Below the pieces are notes generated by a model. That model saw only the letters and a program-made list of their open reading frames with translations, had not been told where the DNA came from and did no database searches. This document shows positions 62,867-64,000 of a stretch of DNA of 64,000 nt, piece after piece. A program made the translations under genes and the position numbers. Origin of the DNA: Azolla caroliniana. Its lineage: Eukaryota; Plantae; Polypodiophyta. The DNA lies in contig JBHGNT010000003.1 in the NCBI GenBank assembly GCA_043228905.1, positions 6,572,001 through 6,636,000 on the forward strand, written 5' to 3'. Every line of letters begins with the position of its first letter. Positions within the stretch are counted from its first letter, which is position 1.

Positions 62867-64000
62867 AAATGTATAGTACGGAAGAAGACCTGTACCATAG
62901 GTAGGAAATTTTGGTTCTCCGACAACGGAGGTTGTACTATGGCTGGCGTCAGCGGCCGGGAAAGGAAGCGAGCGGAGGAGCGGCTCAGGGGATGCAGAGT
63001 CCTCTCCCCCGACGAAGAGATCAGCGGCGCCGTGGAGGCAGTCTCTTTTGACGACACCTTGGGCGAGTTGCGAAAGGTGATCGGTGAAGACCTTAGAGAA
63101 GACCGGACCGTTTCGGTAGGATCCATGGGAATGTATGAAGTCATCGCGGACTTCGGGGAAAGGATTAGGTCGGATCGGACGGCCCGTGTGGATACAAAGT
63201 ACAAGACTATGGACCGGAAGGTGAGGCCAATCGCAACACCCTTGCCAGAGGGCAGCGAGGAGCGGATAAAAGGGGTCGCGTCGGACCCGAGTTTACGGAA
63301 TCCGGTTGGCATAGGGCACCGGTTCACCGACATAACGCTACGGGAGCTCAAGGTTGGTGGGGGTGGCTTCCTACTACCGACGGAGGAGAACAGGTTTCGG
63401 AGAATGCTCGGAAGGCATGGGAAAGCCTTCGCGTTCTCGCCGGAGGAGATCGGGTGTGTGGACCCGACGGTCGTCGAACCGATGGTGATCTTCACGGTAC
63501 CGCATGTGTCGTGGAATCTCAAACCGATTCTGGTGGCGAGAGCTCACATCCCGAAGTTGATGGAGCTTCTTAAGCAAAAGGTGGAGATGGGCATCCTCGA
63601 ACCGTCGGGTGCCCCGTATTCGAATCGGTGGTTTACGGTGCCAAAGAAGAACGGCACGCTACGCTTCATTCAGGACCTGCAACCAGTCAACAAGGTGACC
63701 ATCCGTAATGCAGGAATCGGACTGACCATAGACGAGTTCCCAGAGGCCTTCGCTGGAAGGTCGATCTATTCGGTTGGTGACTTATACTCGGGGTACGACC
63801 AGTTCCAGCTAGCCATGGAAAGCAGGGATATCACGACGATGCGAACTCCTCTCGACCTAGTACGGATGTGTACCCTACCACAAGGCGGGACAAATTTGGT
63901 GGCGCATATGGTGAACGCAATGAACAAGGTGCTAAGGGACTGCATCCCAGACATCACCATGCCATTCTTGGACGACATCCCGATAAAGGGGTGTCCGGTG

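Larger units (their letters stand above)
51836..64000 (+). mobile_element. tRNA-Trp-primed non-chromovirus Ty3/Gypsy element A, runs off the window. Its 5' LTR (51836-52342 + 60436-60629) is split by element B
   Basis: TGTCGC...GCGACA termini; PBS 60634-60651. gag from ~60674 with CLWCDAVGHVRKDC knuckle; protease LVDHSSEINLMS; RT in the -1 frame (PYSNRWFTVPKKNG, FLDDIP at the window end). Confidence 0.92.

Noticed and set aside
60829-63522. Long antisense ORFs (256 aa, 271 aa), and similar ones opposite the Copia pol genes
   Set aside because: Shadow ORFs of GC-rich retroelement coding sequence; no recognisable domains

Overview
Eukaryotic, intron-rich land-plant DNA, probably a seed-free plant such as a fern (inferred from the TE families; not provable here). 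The first ~21 kb is genic. It holds the last three coding exons of a serine acetyltransferase (one 4.56-kb intron), a complete 9-exon nucleostemin/GNL3-like GTPase (NSN1), a tRNA-Gln(TTG) flanked by a fold-back element and a perfect hairpin, and a two-exon AGP16/20/22/41-type arabinogalactan peptide gene. From ~26 kb onward the window is a nest of decayed retroelements: a self-priming (Tf1/Tcn1-type) LTR remnant, two LINE 3' ends, two related Copia elements, a chromovirus split by one Copia, and four insertions of a tRNA-Trp-primed non-chromovirus Ty3/Gypsy lineage. That Gypsy lineage is the most interesting signal. (i) Both coding copies separate gag-protease from RT by a conserved G-GAU-UUU-UAG slippery site plus a predicted H-type pseudoknot, which points to -1 ribosomal frameshifting. 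(ii) All four insertions sit at 4-bp CpG-centred targets (MCGK). (iii) One subfamily carries a tRNA-like Pol III A/B-box module in its LTR. All coordinates were read by eye and no searches were run.
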